NCBI GenBank assembly: GCA_964016885.1
Contig: OZ024744.1
Coordinates: 118,978,001-119,042,000, forward strand
Direction of reading: 5' to 3'
DNA: 64,000 nucleotides
Origin: Eledone cirrhosa
Lineage: Eukaryota
In this document: piece by piece, positions 14,731 through 32,300 of the stretch
How positions within the stretch are numbered: the first letter of the stretch is position 1
How the letters are laid out: each line of letters starts with the position of its first letter
Program-made: the position numbers and the translations under genes
Notes under the pieces: model-generated
Seen by the model: the letters and a program-made list of their open reading frames with translations, nothing else
What the model was told of the DNA's origin: nothing
The model's database searches: none

Positions 14731-17700
14731 ACAACTGACTAATGTTACTAACATTATTACTGTAACAACTGACTAATGCTACTAACATTATTACTGTAAC
14801 AACTGACTTGGTGTTAGTAACATTATTACTGTAACAACTGACTAATGTTACTAACATTATTACTGTAACAACTGACTTGGTGTTACTAACATTATTACTG
14901 TAACAACTAACTAATGTTACTAACATTATTACTGTAACAACTGACTAATGTTACTAACATTATTACTGTAACAACTGACTTGGTGTTACTAACATTATTA
15001 CTGTAACAACTGACTAATGTTACTAACATTATTACTGTAACAACTGACTTGGTGTTACTAACATTATTACTGTAACAACTGACTTGCTCTTACTAACATT
15101 ATTACTGTAACAATTGACTTGGTGTTACTAACATTATTACTGTAACAACTGACTAATGTTACTAACATTATTACTGTAACAACTGACTAATGTTACTAAC
15201 ATTATTACTGTAACAACTGACTAATGTTACTAACATTATTACTGTAACAACTGACTAATGTTACTAACATTATTACTGTAACAACTGACTTGGTGTTACT
15301 AACATTATTACTGTAACAACTGACTAATGTTACTAACATTATTACTGTAACAACTGACTAATGCTACTAACATTATTACTGTAACAACTGACTTGGTGTT
15401 ACTAACATTATTACTGTAACAACTGACTAATGTTACTAACATTATTACTGTAACAACTGACTTGGTGTTACTAACATTATTACTGTAACAACTAACTAAT
15501 GTTACTAACATTATTACTGTAACAACTGACTAATGTTACTAACATTATTACTGTAACAACTGACTTGGTGTTACTAACATTATTACTGTAACAACTGACT
15601 AATGTTACTAACATTATTACTGTAACAACCGACTAATGTTACTAACAATATTACTGTAACAACTGACTAATGTTACTAACATTATTACTGTAACAACTGA
15701 CTTGGTGTTACTAACATTAATACTGTAACAACTGACTTGGTGTTACTAACATTATTACTGTAACAACTGACTAATGTTACTAACATTATTACTGTAACAA
15801 CTGACTTGGTGTTATTAACAGTATTACTGTAACAACTAACTAATGTTACTAACATTATTACTGTAACAACTGACTTGCTGTTACTAACATTATTACTGTA
15901 ACAACTTACTAATGTTACTAACATTATTACTGTAACAACTGACTAATGTTACTAACATTATTACTGTAACAACTGACTAATGTTACTAACATTATTACTG
16001 TAACAACTGACTTGGTGTTACTAACATTATTACTGTAACAACTGACTAATGTTACTAACATTATTACTGTAACAACTGACTTGGTGTTACTAACATTATT
16101 ACTGTAACAACTGACTAATGGTACTAACATTATTACTGTAACAACTGACTTGGTGTTACTAACATTATTACTGTAACAACTGACTTGGTGTTACTAACGT
16201 TATTACTGTAACAACTGACTTGGTGTTACTAACATTATTACTGTAACAACTGACTTGGTGTTACTAACATTATTACTGTAACAACTGACTAATGTTACTA
16301 ACATTATTACTGTAACAACTGACTAATGTTACTAACATTATTACTGTAACTACTGACTTGCTGTTACTAACATTATTACTGTAACAACTGACTTGCTGTT
16401 ACTAACATTATTACTGTAACAATTGACTTGGTGTTACTAACATTATTACTGTAACAACTGACTAATGTTACTAACATTATTACTGTAACAACTGACTAAT
16501 GTTACTAACATTATTACTGTAACAACTGACTAATGTTACTAACATTATTACTGTAACAACTGACTAATGTTACTAACATTATTACTGTAATAACTGACTT
16601 GGTGTTACTAACATTATTACTGTAACAACTGACTAATGTTACTAACATTATTACTGTAACAACTGACTTGGTGTTACTAACATTATTACTGTAACAACTG
16701 ACTAATGTTACTAACATTATTACTGTAACAACTGACTTGGTGTTACTAACATTATTACTGTAACAACTGACTTGCTGTTACTAACATTATTACTGTAACA
16801 ATTGACTTGGTGTTACTAACATTATTACTGTAACAACTGACTAATGTTACTAACATTATTACTGTAACAACTGACTAATGTTACTAACATTATTACTGTA
16901 ACAACTGACTAATGTTACTAACATTATTACTGTAACAACTGACTAATGTTACTAACATTATTACTGTAACAACTGACTTGGTGTTACTAACATTATTACT
17001 GTAACAACTGACTAATGTTACTAACATTATTACTGTAACAACTGACTAATGCTACTAACATTATTACTGTAACAACTGACTTGGTGTTACTAACATTATT
17101 ACTGTAACAACTGACAAATGTTACTAACATTATTACTGTAACAACTGAGTTGGTGTTACTAACATTATTACTGTAACAACTAACTAATGTTACTAACATT
17201 ATTACTGTAACAACTGACTAATGTTACTAACATTATTACTGTAACAACTGACTTGGTGTTACTAACATTATTACTGTAACAACTGACTAATGTTACTAAC
17301 ATTATTACTGTAACAACCGACTAATGTTACTAACATTATTACTGTAACAACTGACTAATGTTACTAACATTATTACTGTAACAACTGACTTGGTGTTACT
17401 AACATTAATACTGTAACAACTGACTTGGTGTTACTAACATTATTACTGTAACAACTGACTTGGTGTTACTAACATTATTACTGTAACAACTGACTAATGT
17501 TACTAACATTATTACTGTAACAACTGACTAATGTTACTAACATTATTACTGTAACAACTGACTAATGTTACTAACATTATTACTGTAACAACTGACTAAT
17601 GTTACTAACATTATTACTGTAACAACTGACTTGGTGTTACTAACATTATTACTGTAACAACTGACTAATGTTACTAACATTATTACTGTAACAACTGACG

Positions 17701-19495
17701 TGGTGTTACTAACATTATTACTGTAACAACTGACTAATGTTACTAACATTATTACTGTAACAACTGACTTGGTGTTACTAACATTATTACTGTTTACAAC
17801 TGACTTGCTGTTACTAACATTATTACTGTAACAATTGACTTGGTGTTACTAACATTATTACTGTAACAACTGACTAATGTTACTAACATTATTACTGTAA
17901 CAACTGACTAATGTTTCTAACATTATTACTGTAACAACTGACTAATGTTACTAACATTATTACTGTAACAACTGAGTAATGTTACTAACATTATTACTGT
18001 AACAACTGACTTGGTGTTACTAACATTATTACTGTAACAACTGACTAATGTTACTAACATTATTACTGTAACAACTGACTAATGCTACTAACATTATTAC
18101 TGTAACAACTGACTTGGTGTTAGTAACATTATTACTGTAACAACTGACTAATGTTACTAACATTATTACTGTAACAACTGACTTGGTGTTACTAACATTA
18201 TTACTGTAACAACTAACTAATGTTACTAACATTATTACTGTAACAACTGACTAATGTTACTAACATTATTACTGTAACAACTGACTTGGTGTTACTAACA
18301 TTATTACTGTAACAACTGACTAATGTTACTAACATTATTACTGTAACAACTGACTTGGTGTTACTAACATTATTACTGTAACAACTGACTTGCTCTTACT
18401 AACATTATTACTGTAACAATTGACTTGGTGTTACTAACATTATTACTGTAACAACTGACTAATGTTACTAACATTATTACTGTAACAACTGACTAATGTT
18501 ACTAACATTATTACTGTAACAACTGACTAATGTTACTAACATTATTACTGTAACAACTGACTAATGTTACTAACATTATTACTGTAACAACTGACTTGGT
18601 GTTACTAACATTATTACTGTAACAACTGACTAATGTTACTAACATTATTACTGTAACAACTGACTAATGCTACTAACATTATTACTGTAACAACTGACTT
18701 GGTGTTACTAACATTATTACTGTAACAACTGACTAATGTTACTAACATTATTACTGTAACAACTGACTTGGTGTTACTAACATTATTACTGTAACAACTA
18801 ACTAATGTTACTAACATTATTACTGTAACAACTGACTAATGTTACTAACATTATTACTGTAACAACTGACTTGGTGTTACTAACATTATTACTGTAACAA
18901 CTGACTAATGTTACTAACATTATTACTGTAACAACCGACTAATGTTACTAACAATATTACTGTAACAACTGACTAATGTTACTAACATTATTACTGTAAC
19001 AACTGACTTGGTGTTACTAACATTAATACTGTAACAACTGACTTAGTGTTACTAACATTATTACTGTAACAACTGACTAATGTTACTAACATTATTACTG
19101 TAACAACTGACTTGGTGTTATTAACAGTATTACTGTAACAACTAACTAATGTTACTAACATTATTACTGTAACAACTGACTTGGTGTTACTAACATTATT
19201 ACTGTAACAACTTACTAATGTTACTAACATTATTACTGTAACAACTGACTAATGTTACTAACATTATTACTGTAACAACTGACTAATGTTACTAACATTA
19301 TTACTGTAACAACTGACTTGGTGTTACTAACATTATTACTGTAACAACTGACTAATGTTACTAACATTATTACTGTAACAACTGACTTGGTGTTACTAAC
19401 ATTATTACTGTAACAACTGACTAATGGTACTAACATTATTACTGTAACAACTGACTTGGTGTTACTAACATTATTACTGTAACAACTGACTTGGT
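12880..19495. repeat. Tandem duplication with a 3306-bp unit (~96 monomers)
   Basis: The ACGTT variant occurs at 12891 and 16197. Seven ORF-track pairs are offset by exactly 3306 (13208/16514 through 15927/19233). I saw about five differences between the copies. Confidence 0.88.
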
Positions 19496-20899
19496 GTTAC
19501 TAACATTATTACTGTAACAACTGACTTGGTGTTACTAACATTATTACTGTAACAATTGACTTGGTGTTACTAACATTATTACTGTAACAACTGACTTGGT
19601 GTTACTAACATTATTACTGTAACAACTGACTTGGTGTTACTAACATTATTACTGTAACAACTAACTAATGTTACTAACATTATTACTGTAACAACTGACT
19701 AATGTTACTAACATTATTACTGTAACAACTGACTTGGTGTTACTAACATTAATACTGTAACAACTGACTTGGTGTTACTAACATTATTACTGTAACAACT
19801 GACTTGGTGTTACTAACATTATTACTGTAACAACTGACTTGGTGTTATTAACAGTATTACTGTAACAACTAACTAATGTTACTAACATTATTACTGTAAC
19901 AACTGACTAATGTTACAAACATTATTACTGTAACAACTGACTAATGTTACTAACATTATTACTGTAACTACTGACTTGCTGTTACTAACATTATTACTGT
20001 AACAACTGACTTGCTGTTACTAACATTATTACTGTAACAATTGACTTGGTGTTACTAACATTATTACTGTAACAACTGACTAATGTTACTAACATTATTA
20101 CTGTAACAACTGACTAATGTTACTAACATTATTACTGTAACAACTGACTAATGTTACTAACATTATTACTGTAACAACTGACTAATGTTACTAACATTAT
20201 TACTGTAACAACTGACTTGGTGTTACTAACATTATTACTGTAACAACTGACTAATGTTACTAACATTATTACTGTAACAACTGACTTGGTGTTACTAACA
20301 TTATTACTGTAACAACTGACTAATGTTACTAACATTATTACTGTAACAACTGACTTGGTGTTACTAACATTATTACTGTAACAACTGACTTGCTGTTACT
20401 AACATTATTACTGTAACAATTGACTTGGTGTTACTAACATTATTACTGTAACAACTGACTAATGTTACTAACATTATTACTGTAACAACTGACTAATGTT
20501 ACTAACATTATTACTGTAACAACTGACTAATGTTACTAACATTATTACTGTAACAACTGAGTAATGTTACTAACATTATTACTGTAACAACTGACTTGGT
20601 GTTACTAACATTATTACTGTAACAACTGACTAATGTTACTAACATTATTACTGTAACAACTGACTTGGTGTTACTAACATTATTACTGTAACAACTGACT
20701 AATGTTACTAACATTATTACTGTAACAACTGACTAATGCTACTAACATTATTACTGTAACAACTGACTTGGTGTTACTAACATTATTACTGTAACAACTG
20801 ACAAATGTTACTAACATTATTACTGTAACAACTGAGTTGGTGTTACTAACATTATTACTGTAACAACTAACTAATGTTACTAACATTATTACTGTAACA

Positions 20900-23800
20900 A
20901 CTGACTAATGTTACTAACATTATTACTGTAACAACTGACTTGGTGTTACTAACATTATTACTGTAACAACTGACTAATGTTACTAACATTATTACTGTAA
21001 CAACCGACTAATGTTACTAACATTATTACTGTAACAACTGACTAATGTTACTAACATTATTACTGTAACAACTGACTTGGTGTTACTAACATTAATACTG
21101 TAACAACTGACTTGGTGTTACTAACATTATTACTGTAACAACTGACTTGGTGTTACTAACATTATTACTGTAACAACTGACTAATGTTACTAACATTATT
21201 ACTGTAACAACTGACTAATGTTACTAACATTATTACTGTAACAACTGACTAATGTTACTAACATTATTACTGTAACAACTGACTAATGTTACTAACATTA
21301 TTACTGCAACAACTGACTTGGTGTTACTAACATTATTACTGTAACAACTGACTAATGTTACTAACATTATTACTGTAACAACTGACTTGGTGTTACTAAC
21401 ATTATTACTGTAACAACTGACTAATGTTACTAACATTATTACTGTAACAACTGACTTGGTGTTACTAACATTATTACTGTTTACAACTGACTTGCTGTTA
21501 CTAACATTATTACTGTAACAATTGACTTGGTGTTACTAACATTATTACTGTAACAACTGACTAATGTTACTAACATTATTACTGTAACAACTGACTAATG
21601 TTACTAACATTATTACTGTAACAACTGACTAATGTTACTAACATTATTACTGTAACAACTGAGTAATGTTACTAACATTATTACTGTAACAACTGACTTG
21701 GTGTTACTAACATTATTACTGTAACAACTGACTAATGTTACTAACATTATTACTGTAACAACTGACTAATGCTACTAACATTATTACTGTAACAACTGAC
21801 TTGGTGTTAGTAACATTATTACTGTAACAACTGACTAATGTTACTAACATTATTACTGTAACAACTGACTTGGTGTTACTAACATTATTACTGTAACAAC
21901 TAACTAATGTTACTAACATTATTACTGTAACAACTGACTAATGTTACTAACATTATTACTGTAACAACTGACTTGGTGTTACTAACATTATTACTGTAAC
22001 AACTGACTAATGTTACTAACATTATTACTGTAACAACTGACTTGGTGTTACTAACATTATTACTGTAACAACTGACTTGCTCTTACTAACATTATTACTG
22101 TAACAATTGACTTGGTGTTACTAACATTATTACTGTAACAACTGACTAATGTTACTAACATTATTACTGTAACAACTGACTAATGTTACTAACATTATTA
22201 CTGTAACAACTGACTAATGTTACTAACATTATTACTGTAACAACTGACTAATGTTACTAACATTATTACTGTAACAACTGACTTGGTGTTACTAACATTA
22301 TTACTGTAACAACTGACTAATGTTACTAACATTATTACTGTAACAACTGACTTGGTGTTACTAACATTATTACTGTAACAACTGACTAATGTTACTAACA
22401 TTATTACTGTAACAACTGACTTGCTGTTACTAACATTATTACTGTAACAATTGACTTGGTGTTACTAACATTATTACTGTAACAACTGACTAATGTTACT
22501 AACATTATTACTGTAACAACTGACTAATGTTACTAACATTATTACTGTAACAACTGACTAATGTTACTAAAATTATTACTGTAACAACTGAGTTGGTGTT
22601 ACTAACATTATTACTGTAACAACTAACTAATGTTACTAACATTATTACTGTAACAACTGACTAATGTTACTAACATTATTACTGTAACAACTGACTTGGT
22701 GTTACTAACATTATTACTGTAACAACTGACTAATGTTACTAACATTATTACTGTAACAACCGACTAATGTTACTAACATTATTACTGTAACAACCGACTA
22801 ATGTTACTAACATTATTACTGTAACAACCGACTAATGTTACTAACATTATTACTGTAACAACTGACTTGGTGTTACTAACATTAATACTGTAACAACTGA
22901 CTTGGTGTTACTAACATTATTACTGTAACAACTGACTTGGTGTTACTAACATTATTACTGTAACAACTGACTAATGTTACTAACATTATTACTGTAACAA
23001 CTGACTAATGTTACTAACATTATTACTGTAACAACTGACTAATGTTACTAACATTATTACTGTAACAACTGACTAATGTTACTAACATTATTACTGTAAC
23101 AACTGACTTGGTGTTACTAACATTATTACTGTAACAACTGACTAATGTTACTAACATTATTACTGTAACAACTGACTTGGTGTTACTAACATTATTACTG
23201 TAACAACTGACTAATGTTACTAACATTATTACTGTAACAACTGACTTGGTGTTACTAACATTATTACTGTTTACAACTGACTTGCTGTTACTAACATTAT
23301 TACTGTAACAATTGACTTGGTGTTACTAACATTATTACTGTAACAACTGACTAATGTTACTAACATTATTACTGTAACAACTGACTAATGTTACTAACAT
23401 TATTACTGTAACAACTGACTAATGTTACTAACATTATTACTGTAACAACTGAGTAATGTTACTAACATTATTACTGTAACAACTGACTTGGTGTTACTAA
23501 CATTATTACTGTAACAACTGACAAATGTTACTAACATTATTACTGTAACAACTGAGTTGGTGTTACTAACATTATTACTGTAACAACTAACTAATGTTAC
23601 TAACATTATTACTGTAACAACTGACTAATGTTACTAACATTATTACTGTAACAACTGACTTGGTGTTACTAACATTATTACTGTAACAACTGACTAATGT
23701 TACTAACATTATTACTGTAACAACTGACTTGGTGTTACTAACATTATTACTGTAACAACTGACTAATGTTACTAACATTATTACTGTAACAACCGACTAA

Positions 23801-26310
23801 TGTTACTAACATTATTACTGTAACAACTGACTAATGTTACTAACATTATTACTGTAACAACTGACTTGGTGTTACTAACATTAATACTGTAACAACTGAC
23901 TTGGTGTTACTAACATTATTACTGTAACAACTGACTTGGTGTTACTAACATTATTACTGTAACAACTGACTAATGTTACTAACATTATTACTGTAACAAC
24001 TGACTAATGTTACTAACATTATTACTGTAACAACTGACTAATGTTACTAACATTATTACTGTAACAACTGACTAATGTTACTAACATTATTACTGCAACA
24101 ACTGACTTGGTGTTACTAACATTATTACTGTAACAACTGACTAATGTTACTAACATTATTACTGTAACAACTGACTTGGTGTTACTAACATTATTACTGT
24201 AACAACTGACTAATGTTACTAACATTATTACTGTAACAACTGACTTGGTGTTACTAACATTATTACTGTTTACAACTGACTTGCTGTTACTAACATTATT
24301 ACTGTAACAATTGACTTGGTGTTACTAACATTATTACTGTAACAACTGACTAATGTTACTAACATTATTACTGTAACAACTGACTAATGTTACTAACATT
24401 ATTACTGTAACAACTGACTAATGTTACTAACATTATTACTGTAACAACTGAGTAATGTTACTAACATTATTACTGTAACAACTGACTTGGTGTTACTAAC
24501 ATTATTACTGTAACAACTGACTAATGTTACTAACATTATTACTGTAACAACTGACTAATGCTACTAACATTATTACTGTAACAACTGACTTGGTGTTAGT
24601 AACATTATTACTGTAACAACTGACTAATGTTACTAACATTATTACTGTAACAACTGACTTGGTGTTACTAACATTATTACTGTAACAACTAACTAATGTT
24701 ACTAACATTATTACTGTAACAACTGACTAATGTTACTAACATTATTACTGTAACAACTGACTTGGTGTTACTAACATTATTACTGTAACAACTGACTAAT
24801 GTTACTAACATTATTACTGTAACAACTGACTTGGTGTTACTAACATTATTACTGTAACAACTGACTTGCTCTTACTAACATTATTACTGTAACAATTGAC
24901 TTGGTGTTACTAACATTATTACTGTAACAACTGACTAATGTTACTAACATTATTACTGTAACAACTGACTAATGTTACTAACATTATTACTGTAACAACT
25001 GACTAATGTTACTAACATTATTACTGTAACAACTGACTAATGTTACTAACATTATTACTGTAACAACTGACTTGGTGTTACTAACATTATTACTGTAACA
25101 ACTGACTAATGTTACTAACATTATTACTGTAACAACTGACTTGGTGTTACTAACATTATTACTGTAACAACTGACTAATGTTACTAACATTATTACTGTA
25201 ACAACTGACTTGCTGTTACTAACATTATTACTGTAACAATTGACTTGGTGTTACTAACATTATTACTGTAACAACTGACTAATGTTACTAACATTATTAC
25301 TGTAACAACTGACTAATGTTACTAACATTATTACTGTAACAACTGACTAATGTTACTAAAATTATTACTGTAACAACTGAGTTGGTGTTACTAACATTAT
25401 TACTGTAACAACTAACTAATGTTACTAACATTATTACTGTAACAACTGACTAATGTTACTAACATTATTACTGTAACAACTGACTTGGTGTTACTAACAT
25501 TATTACTGTAACAACTGACTAATGTTACTAACATTATTACTGTAACAACCGACTAATGTTACTAACATTATTACTGTAACAACCGACTAATGTTACTAAC
25601 ATTATTACTGTAACAACCGACTAATGTTACTAACATTATTACTGTAACAACTGACTTGGTGTTACTAACATTAATACTGTAACAACTGACTTGGTGTTAC
25701 TAACATTATTACTGTAACAACTGACTTGGTGTTACTAACATTATTACTGTAACAACTGACTAATGTTACTAACATTATTACTGTAACAACTGACTAATGT
25801 TACTAACATTATTACTGTAACAACTGACTAATGTTACTAACATTATTACTGTAACAACTGACTAATGTTACTAACATTATTACTGTAACAACTGACTTGG
25901 TGTTACTAACATTATTACTGTAACAACTGACTAATGTTACTAACATTATTACTGTAACAACTGACTTGGTGTTACTAACATTATTACTGTAACAACTGAC
26001 TAATGTTACTAACATTATTACTGTAACAACTGACTTGGTGTTACTAACATTATTACTGTTTACAACTGACTTGCTGTTACTAACATTATTACTGTAACAA
26101 TTGACTTGGTGTTACTAACATTATTACTGTAACAACTGACTAATGTTACTAACATTATTACTGTAACAACTGACTAATGTTACTAACATTATTACTGTAA
26201 CAACTGACTAATGTTACTAACATTATTACTGTAACAACTGAGTAATGTTACTAACATTATTACTGTAACAACTGACTTGGTGTTACTAACATTATTACTG
26301 TAACAACTGA
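20900..26310. repeat. Near-tandem duplication with a 2789-bp offset (~81 monomers)
   Basis: Variants offset by 2789: ACTGCAAC ~21303/24092, TAAAATT ~22568/25357, triple AACCGAC ~22758/25547, GAGTAAT 23451/26240. Confidence 0.88.
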
Positions 26311-29300
26311 CTAATGTTACTAACATTATTACTGTAACAACTGACTAATGCTACTAACATTATTACTGTAACAACTGACTTGGTGTTAGTAACATTATTA
26401 CTGTAACAACTGACTAATGTTACTAACATTATTACTGTAACAACTGACTTGGTGTTACTAACATTATTACTGTAACAACTAACTAATGTTACTAACATTA
26501 TTACTGTAACAACTGACTAATGTTACTAACATTATTACTGTAACAACTGACTTGGTGTTACTAACATTATTACTGTAACAACTGACTTGCTCTTACTAAC
26601 ATTATTACTGTAACAATTGACTTGGTGTTACTAACATTATTACTTTAACAACTGACTAATGTTACTAACATTATTACTGTAACAACTGACTAATGTTACT
26701 AACATTATTACTGTAACAACTGACTAATGTTACTAACATTATTACTGTAACAACTGACTAATGTTACTAACATTATTACTGTAACAACTGACTTGGTGTT
26801 ACTAACATTATTACTGTAACAACTGACTAATGTTACTAACATTATTACTGTAACAACTGACTAATGCTACTAACATTATTACTGTAACAACTGACTTGGT
26901 GTTACTAACATTATTACTGTAACAACTGACTAATGTTACTAACATTATTACTGTAACAACTGACTTGGTGTTACTAACATTATTACTGTAACAACTGACT
27001 TGCTCTTACTAACATTATTACTGTAACAATTGACTTGGTGTTACTAACATTATTACTGTAACAACTGACTAATGTTACTAACATTATTACTGTAACAACT
27101 GACTAATGTTACTAACATTATTACTGTAACAACTGACTAATGTTACTAACATTATTACTGTAACAACTGACTAATGTTACTAACATTATTACTGTAACAA
27201 CTGACTTGGTGTTACTAACATTATTACTGTAACAACTGACTAATGTTACTAACATTATTACTGTAACAACTGACTTGGTGTTACTAACATTATTACTGTA
27301 ACAACTGACTAATGTTACTAACATTATTACTGTAACAACTGACTTGGTGTTACTAACATTATTACTGTAACAACTGACTTGCTGTTACTAACATTATTAC
27401 TGTAACAATTGACTTGGTGTTACTAACATTATTACTGTAACAACTGACTAATGTTACTAACATTATTACTGTAACAACTGACTAATGTTACTAACATTAT
27501 TACTGTAACAACTGACTAATGTTACTAACATTATTACTGTAACAACTGAGTAATGTTACTAACATTATTACTGTAACAACTGACTTGGTGTTACTAACAT
27601 TATTACTGTAACAACTGATTAATGTTACTAACATTATTACTGTAACAACTGACTTGGTGTTACTAACATTATTACTGTAACAACTGACTAATGTTACTAA
27701 CATTATTACTGTAACAACTGACTAATGCTACTAACATTATTACTGTAACAACTGACTTGGTGTTACTAACATTATTACTGTAACAACTGACAAATGTTAC
27801 TAACATTATTACTGTAACAACTGAGTTGGTGTTACTAACATTATTACTGTAACAACTAACTAATGTTACTAACATTATTACTGTAACAACTGACTAATGT
27901 TACTAACATTATTACTGTAACAACTGACTTGGTGTTACTAACATTATTACTGTAACAACTGACTAATGTTACTAACATTATTACTGTAACAACCGACTAA
28001 TGTTACTAACATTATTACTGTAACAACTGACTAATGTTACTAACATTATTACTGTAACAACTGACTTGGTGTTACTAACATTAATACTGTAACAACTGAC
28101 TTGGTGTTACTAACATTATTACTGTAACAACTGACTTGGTGTTACTAACATTATTACTGTAACAACTGACTAATGTTACTAACATTATTACTGTAACAAC
28201 TGACTAATGTTACTAACATTATTACTGTAACAACTGACTAATGTTACTAACATTATTACTGTAACAACTGACTAATGTTACTAACATTATTACTGTAACA
28301 ACTGACTTGGTGTTACTAACATTATTACTGTAACAACTGACTAATGTTACTAACATTATTACTGTAACAACTGACATGGTGTTACTAACATTATTACTGT
28401 AACAACTGACTAATGTTACTAACATTATTACTGTAACAACTGACTTGGTGTTACTAACATTATTACTGTTTACAACTGACTTGCTGTTACTAACATTATT
28501 ACTGTAACAATTGACTTGGTGTTACTAACATTATTACTGTAACAACTGACTAATGTTACTAACATTATTACTGTAACAACTGACTAATGTTACTAACATT
28601 ATTACTGTAACAACTGACTAATGTTACTAACATTATTACTGTAACAACTGAGTAATGTTACTAACATTATTACTGTAACAACTGACTTGGTGTTACTAAC
28701 ATTATTACTGTAACAACTGACTAATGTTACTAACATTATTACTGTAACAACTGACTAATGTTACTAACATTATTACTGTAACAACTGACTTGGTGTTAGT
28801 AACATTATTACTGTAACAACTGACTAATGTTACTAACATTATTACTGTAACAACTGACTTGGTGTTACTAACATTATTACTGTAACAACTAACTAATGTT
28901 ACTAACATTATTACTGTAACAACTGACTAATGTTACTAACATTATTACTGTAACAACTGACTTGGTGTTACTAACATTATTACTGTAACAACTGACTAAT
29001 GTTACTAACATTATTACTGTAACAACTGACTTGGTGTTACTAACATTATTACTGTAACAACTGACTTGCTCTTACTAACATTATTACTGTAACAATTGAC
29101 TTGGTGTTACTAACATTATTACTTTAACAACTGACTAATGTTACTAACATTATTACTGTAACAACTGACTAATGTTACTAACATTATTACTGTAACAACT
29201 GACTAATGTTACTAACATTATTACTGTAACAACTGACTAATGTTACTAACATTATTACTGTAACATCTGACTTGGTGTTACTAACATTATTACTGTAACA

Positions 29301-32300
29301 ACTGACTAATGTTACTAACATTATTACTGTAACAACTGACTAATGCTACTAACATTATTACTGTAACAACTGACTTAGTGTTACTAACATTATTACTGTA
29401 ACAACTGACTAATGTTACTAACATTATTACTGTAACAACTGACTTGGTGTTACTAACATTATTACTGTAACAACTAACTAATGTTACTAACATTATTACT
29501 GTAACAACTGACTAATGTTACTAACATTATTACTGTAACAACTGACTTGGTGTTACTAACATTATTACTGTAACAACTGACTAATGTTACTAACATTATT
29601 ACTGTAACAACCGACTAATGTTACTAACAATATTACTGTAACAACTGACTAATGTTACTAACATTATTACTGTAACAACTGACTTGGTGTTACTAACATT
29701 AATACTGTAACAACTGACTTAGTGTTACTAACATTATTACTGTAACAACTGACTAATGTTACTAACATTATTACTGTAACAACTGACTTGGTGTTATTAA
29801 CAGTATTACTGTAACAACTAACTAATGTTACTAACATTATTACTGTAACAACTGACTTGGTGTTACTAACATTATTACTGTAACAACTTACTAATGTTAC
29901 TAACATTATTACTGTAACAACTGACTAATGTTACTAACATTATTACTGTAACAACTGACTAATGTTACTAACATTATTACTGTAACAACTGACTTGGTGT
30001 TACTAACATTATTACTGTAACAACTGACTAATGTTACTAACATTATTACTGTAACAACTGACTTGGTGTTACTAACATTATTACTGTAACAACTGACTAA
30101 TGGTACTAACATTATTACTGTAACAACTGACTTGGTGTTACTAACATTATTACTGTAACAACTGACTTGGTGTTACTAACATTATTACTGTAACAACTGA
30201 CTTGGTGTTACTAACATTAATACTGTAACAACTGACTTGGTGTTACTAACATTATTACTGTAACAACTGACTTGGTGTTACTAACATTATTACTGTAACA
30301 ACTGACTTGGTGTTATTAACAGTATTACTGTAACAACTAACTAATGTTACTAACATTATTACTGTAACAATTGACTTGGTGTTACTAACATTATTACTGT
30401 AACAACTGACTTGGTGTTACTAACATTATTACTGTAACAACTGACTTGGTGTTACTAACATTATTACTGTAACAACTAACTAATGTTACTAACATTATTA
30501 CTGTAACAACTGACTAATGTTACTAACATTATTACTGTAACAACTGACTTGGTGTTACTAACATTAATACTGTAACAACTGACTTGGTGTTACTAACATT
30601 ATTACTGTAACAACTGACTTGGTGTTACTAACATTATTACTGTAACAACTGACTTGGTGTTATTAACAGTATTACTGTAACAACTAACTAATGTTACTAA
30701 CATTATTACTGTAACAACTGACTAATGTTACAAACATTATTACTGTAACAACTGACTAATGTTACTAACATTATTACTGTAACTACTGACTTGCTATAAC
30801 TAACATTATTACTGTAACAACTGACTTGCTGTTACTAACATTATTACTGTAACAATTGACTTGGTGTTACTAACATTATTACTGTAACAACTGACTAATG
30901 TTACTAACATTATTACTGTAACAACTGACTAATGTTACTAACATTATTACTGTAACAACTGACTAATGTTACTAACATTATTACTGTAACAACTGACTAA
31001 TGTTACTAACATTATTACTGTAACAACTGACTTGGTGTTACTAACATTATTACTGTAACAACTGACTAATGTTACTAACATTATTACTGTAACAACTGAC
31101 TTGGTGTTACTAACATTATTACTGTAACAACTGACTTGGTGTTACTAACATTATTACTGTAACAACTGACTTGGTGTTACTAACATTATTACTGTAACAA
31201 CTGACTTGCTGTTACTAACATTATTACTGTAACAATTGACTTGGTGTTACTAACATTATTACTGTAACAACTGACTAATGTTACTAACATTATTACTGTA
31301 ACAACTGACTAATGTTACTAACATTATTACTGTAACAACTGACTAATGTTACTAACATTATTACTGTAACAACTGAGTAATGTTACTAACATTATTACTG
31401 TAACAACTGACTTGGTGTTACTAACATTATTACTGTAACAACTGACTAATGTTACTAACATTATTACTGGAACAACTGACTAATGCTACTAACATTATTA
31501 CTGTAACAACTGACTTGGTGTTACTAACATTATTACTGTAACAACTGACTAATGTTACTAACATTATTACTGTAACAACTGACTTGGTGTTACTAACATT
31601 ATTACTGTAACAACTGACTTGCTGTTACTAACATTATTACTGTAACAATTGACTTGGTGTTACTAACATTATTACTGTAACAACTGACTAATGTTACTAA
31701 CATTATTACTGTAACAACTGACTAATGTTACTAACATTATTACTGTAACAACTGACTAATGTTACTAACATTATTACTGTAACAACTGACTAATGTTACT
31801 AACATTATTACTGTAACAACTGACTTGGTGTTACTAACATTATTACTGTAACAACTGACTAATGTTACTAACATTATTACTGTAACAACTGACTAATGCT
31901 ACTAACATTATTACTGTAACAACTGACTTGGTGTTACTAACATTATTACTGTAACAACTGACTAATGTTACTAACATTATTACTGTAACAACTGACTTGG
32001 TGTTACTAACATTATTACTGTAACAACTAACTAATGTTACTAACATTATTACTGTAACAACTGACTAATGTTACTAACATTATTACTGTAACAACTGACT
32101 TGGTGTTACTAATATTATTACTGTAACAACTGACTAATGTTACTAACATTATTACTGTAACAACCGACTAATGTTACTAACATTATTACTGTAACAACTG
32201 ACTAATGTTACTAACATTATTACTGTAACAACTGACTTGGTGTTACTAACATTAATACTGTAACAACTGACTTGGTGTTACTAACCTTATTACTGTAACA

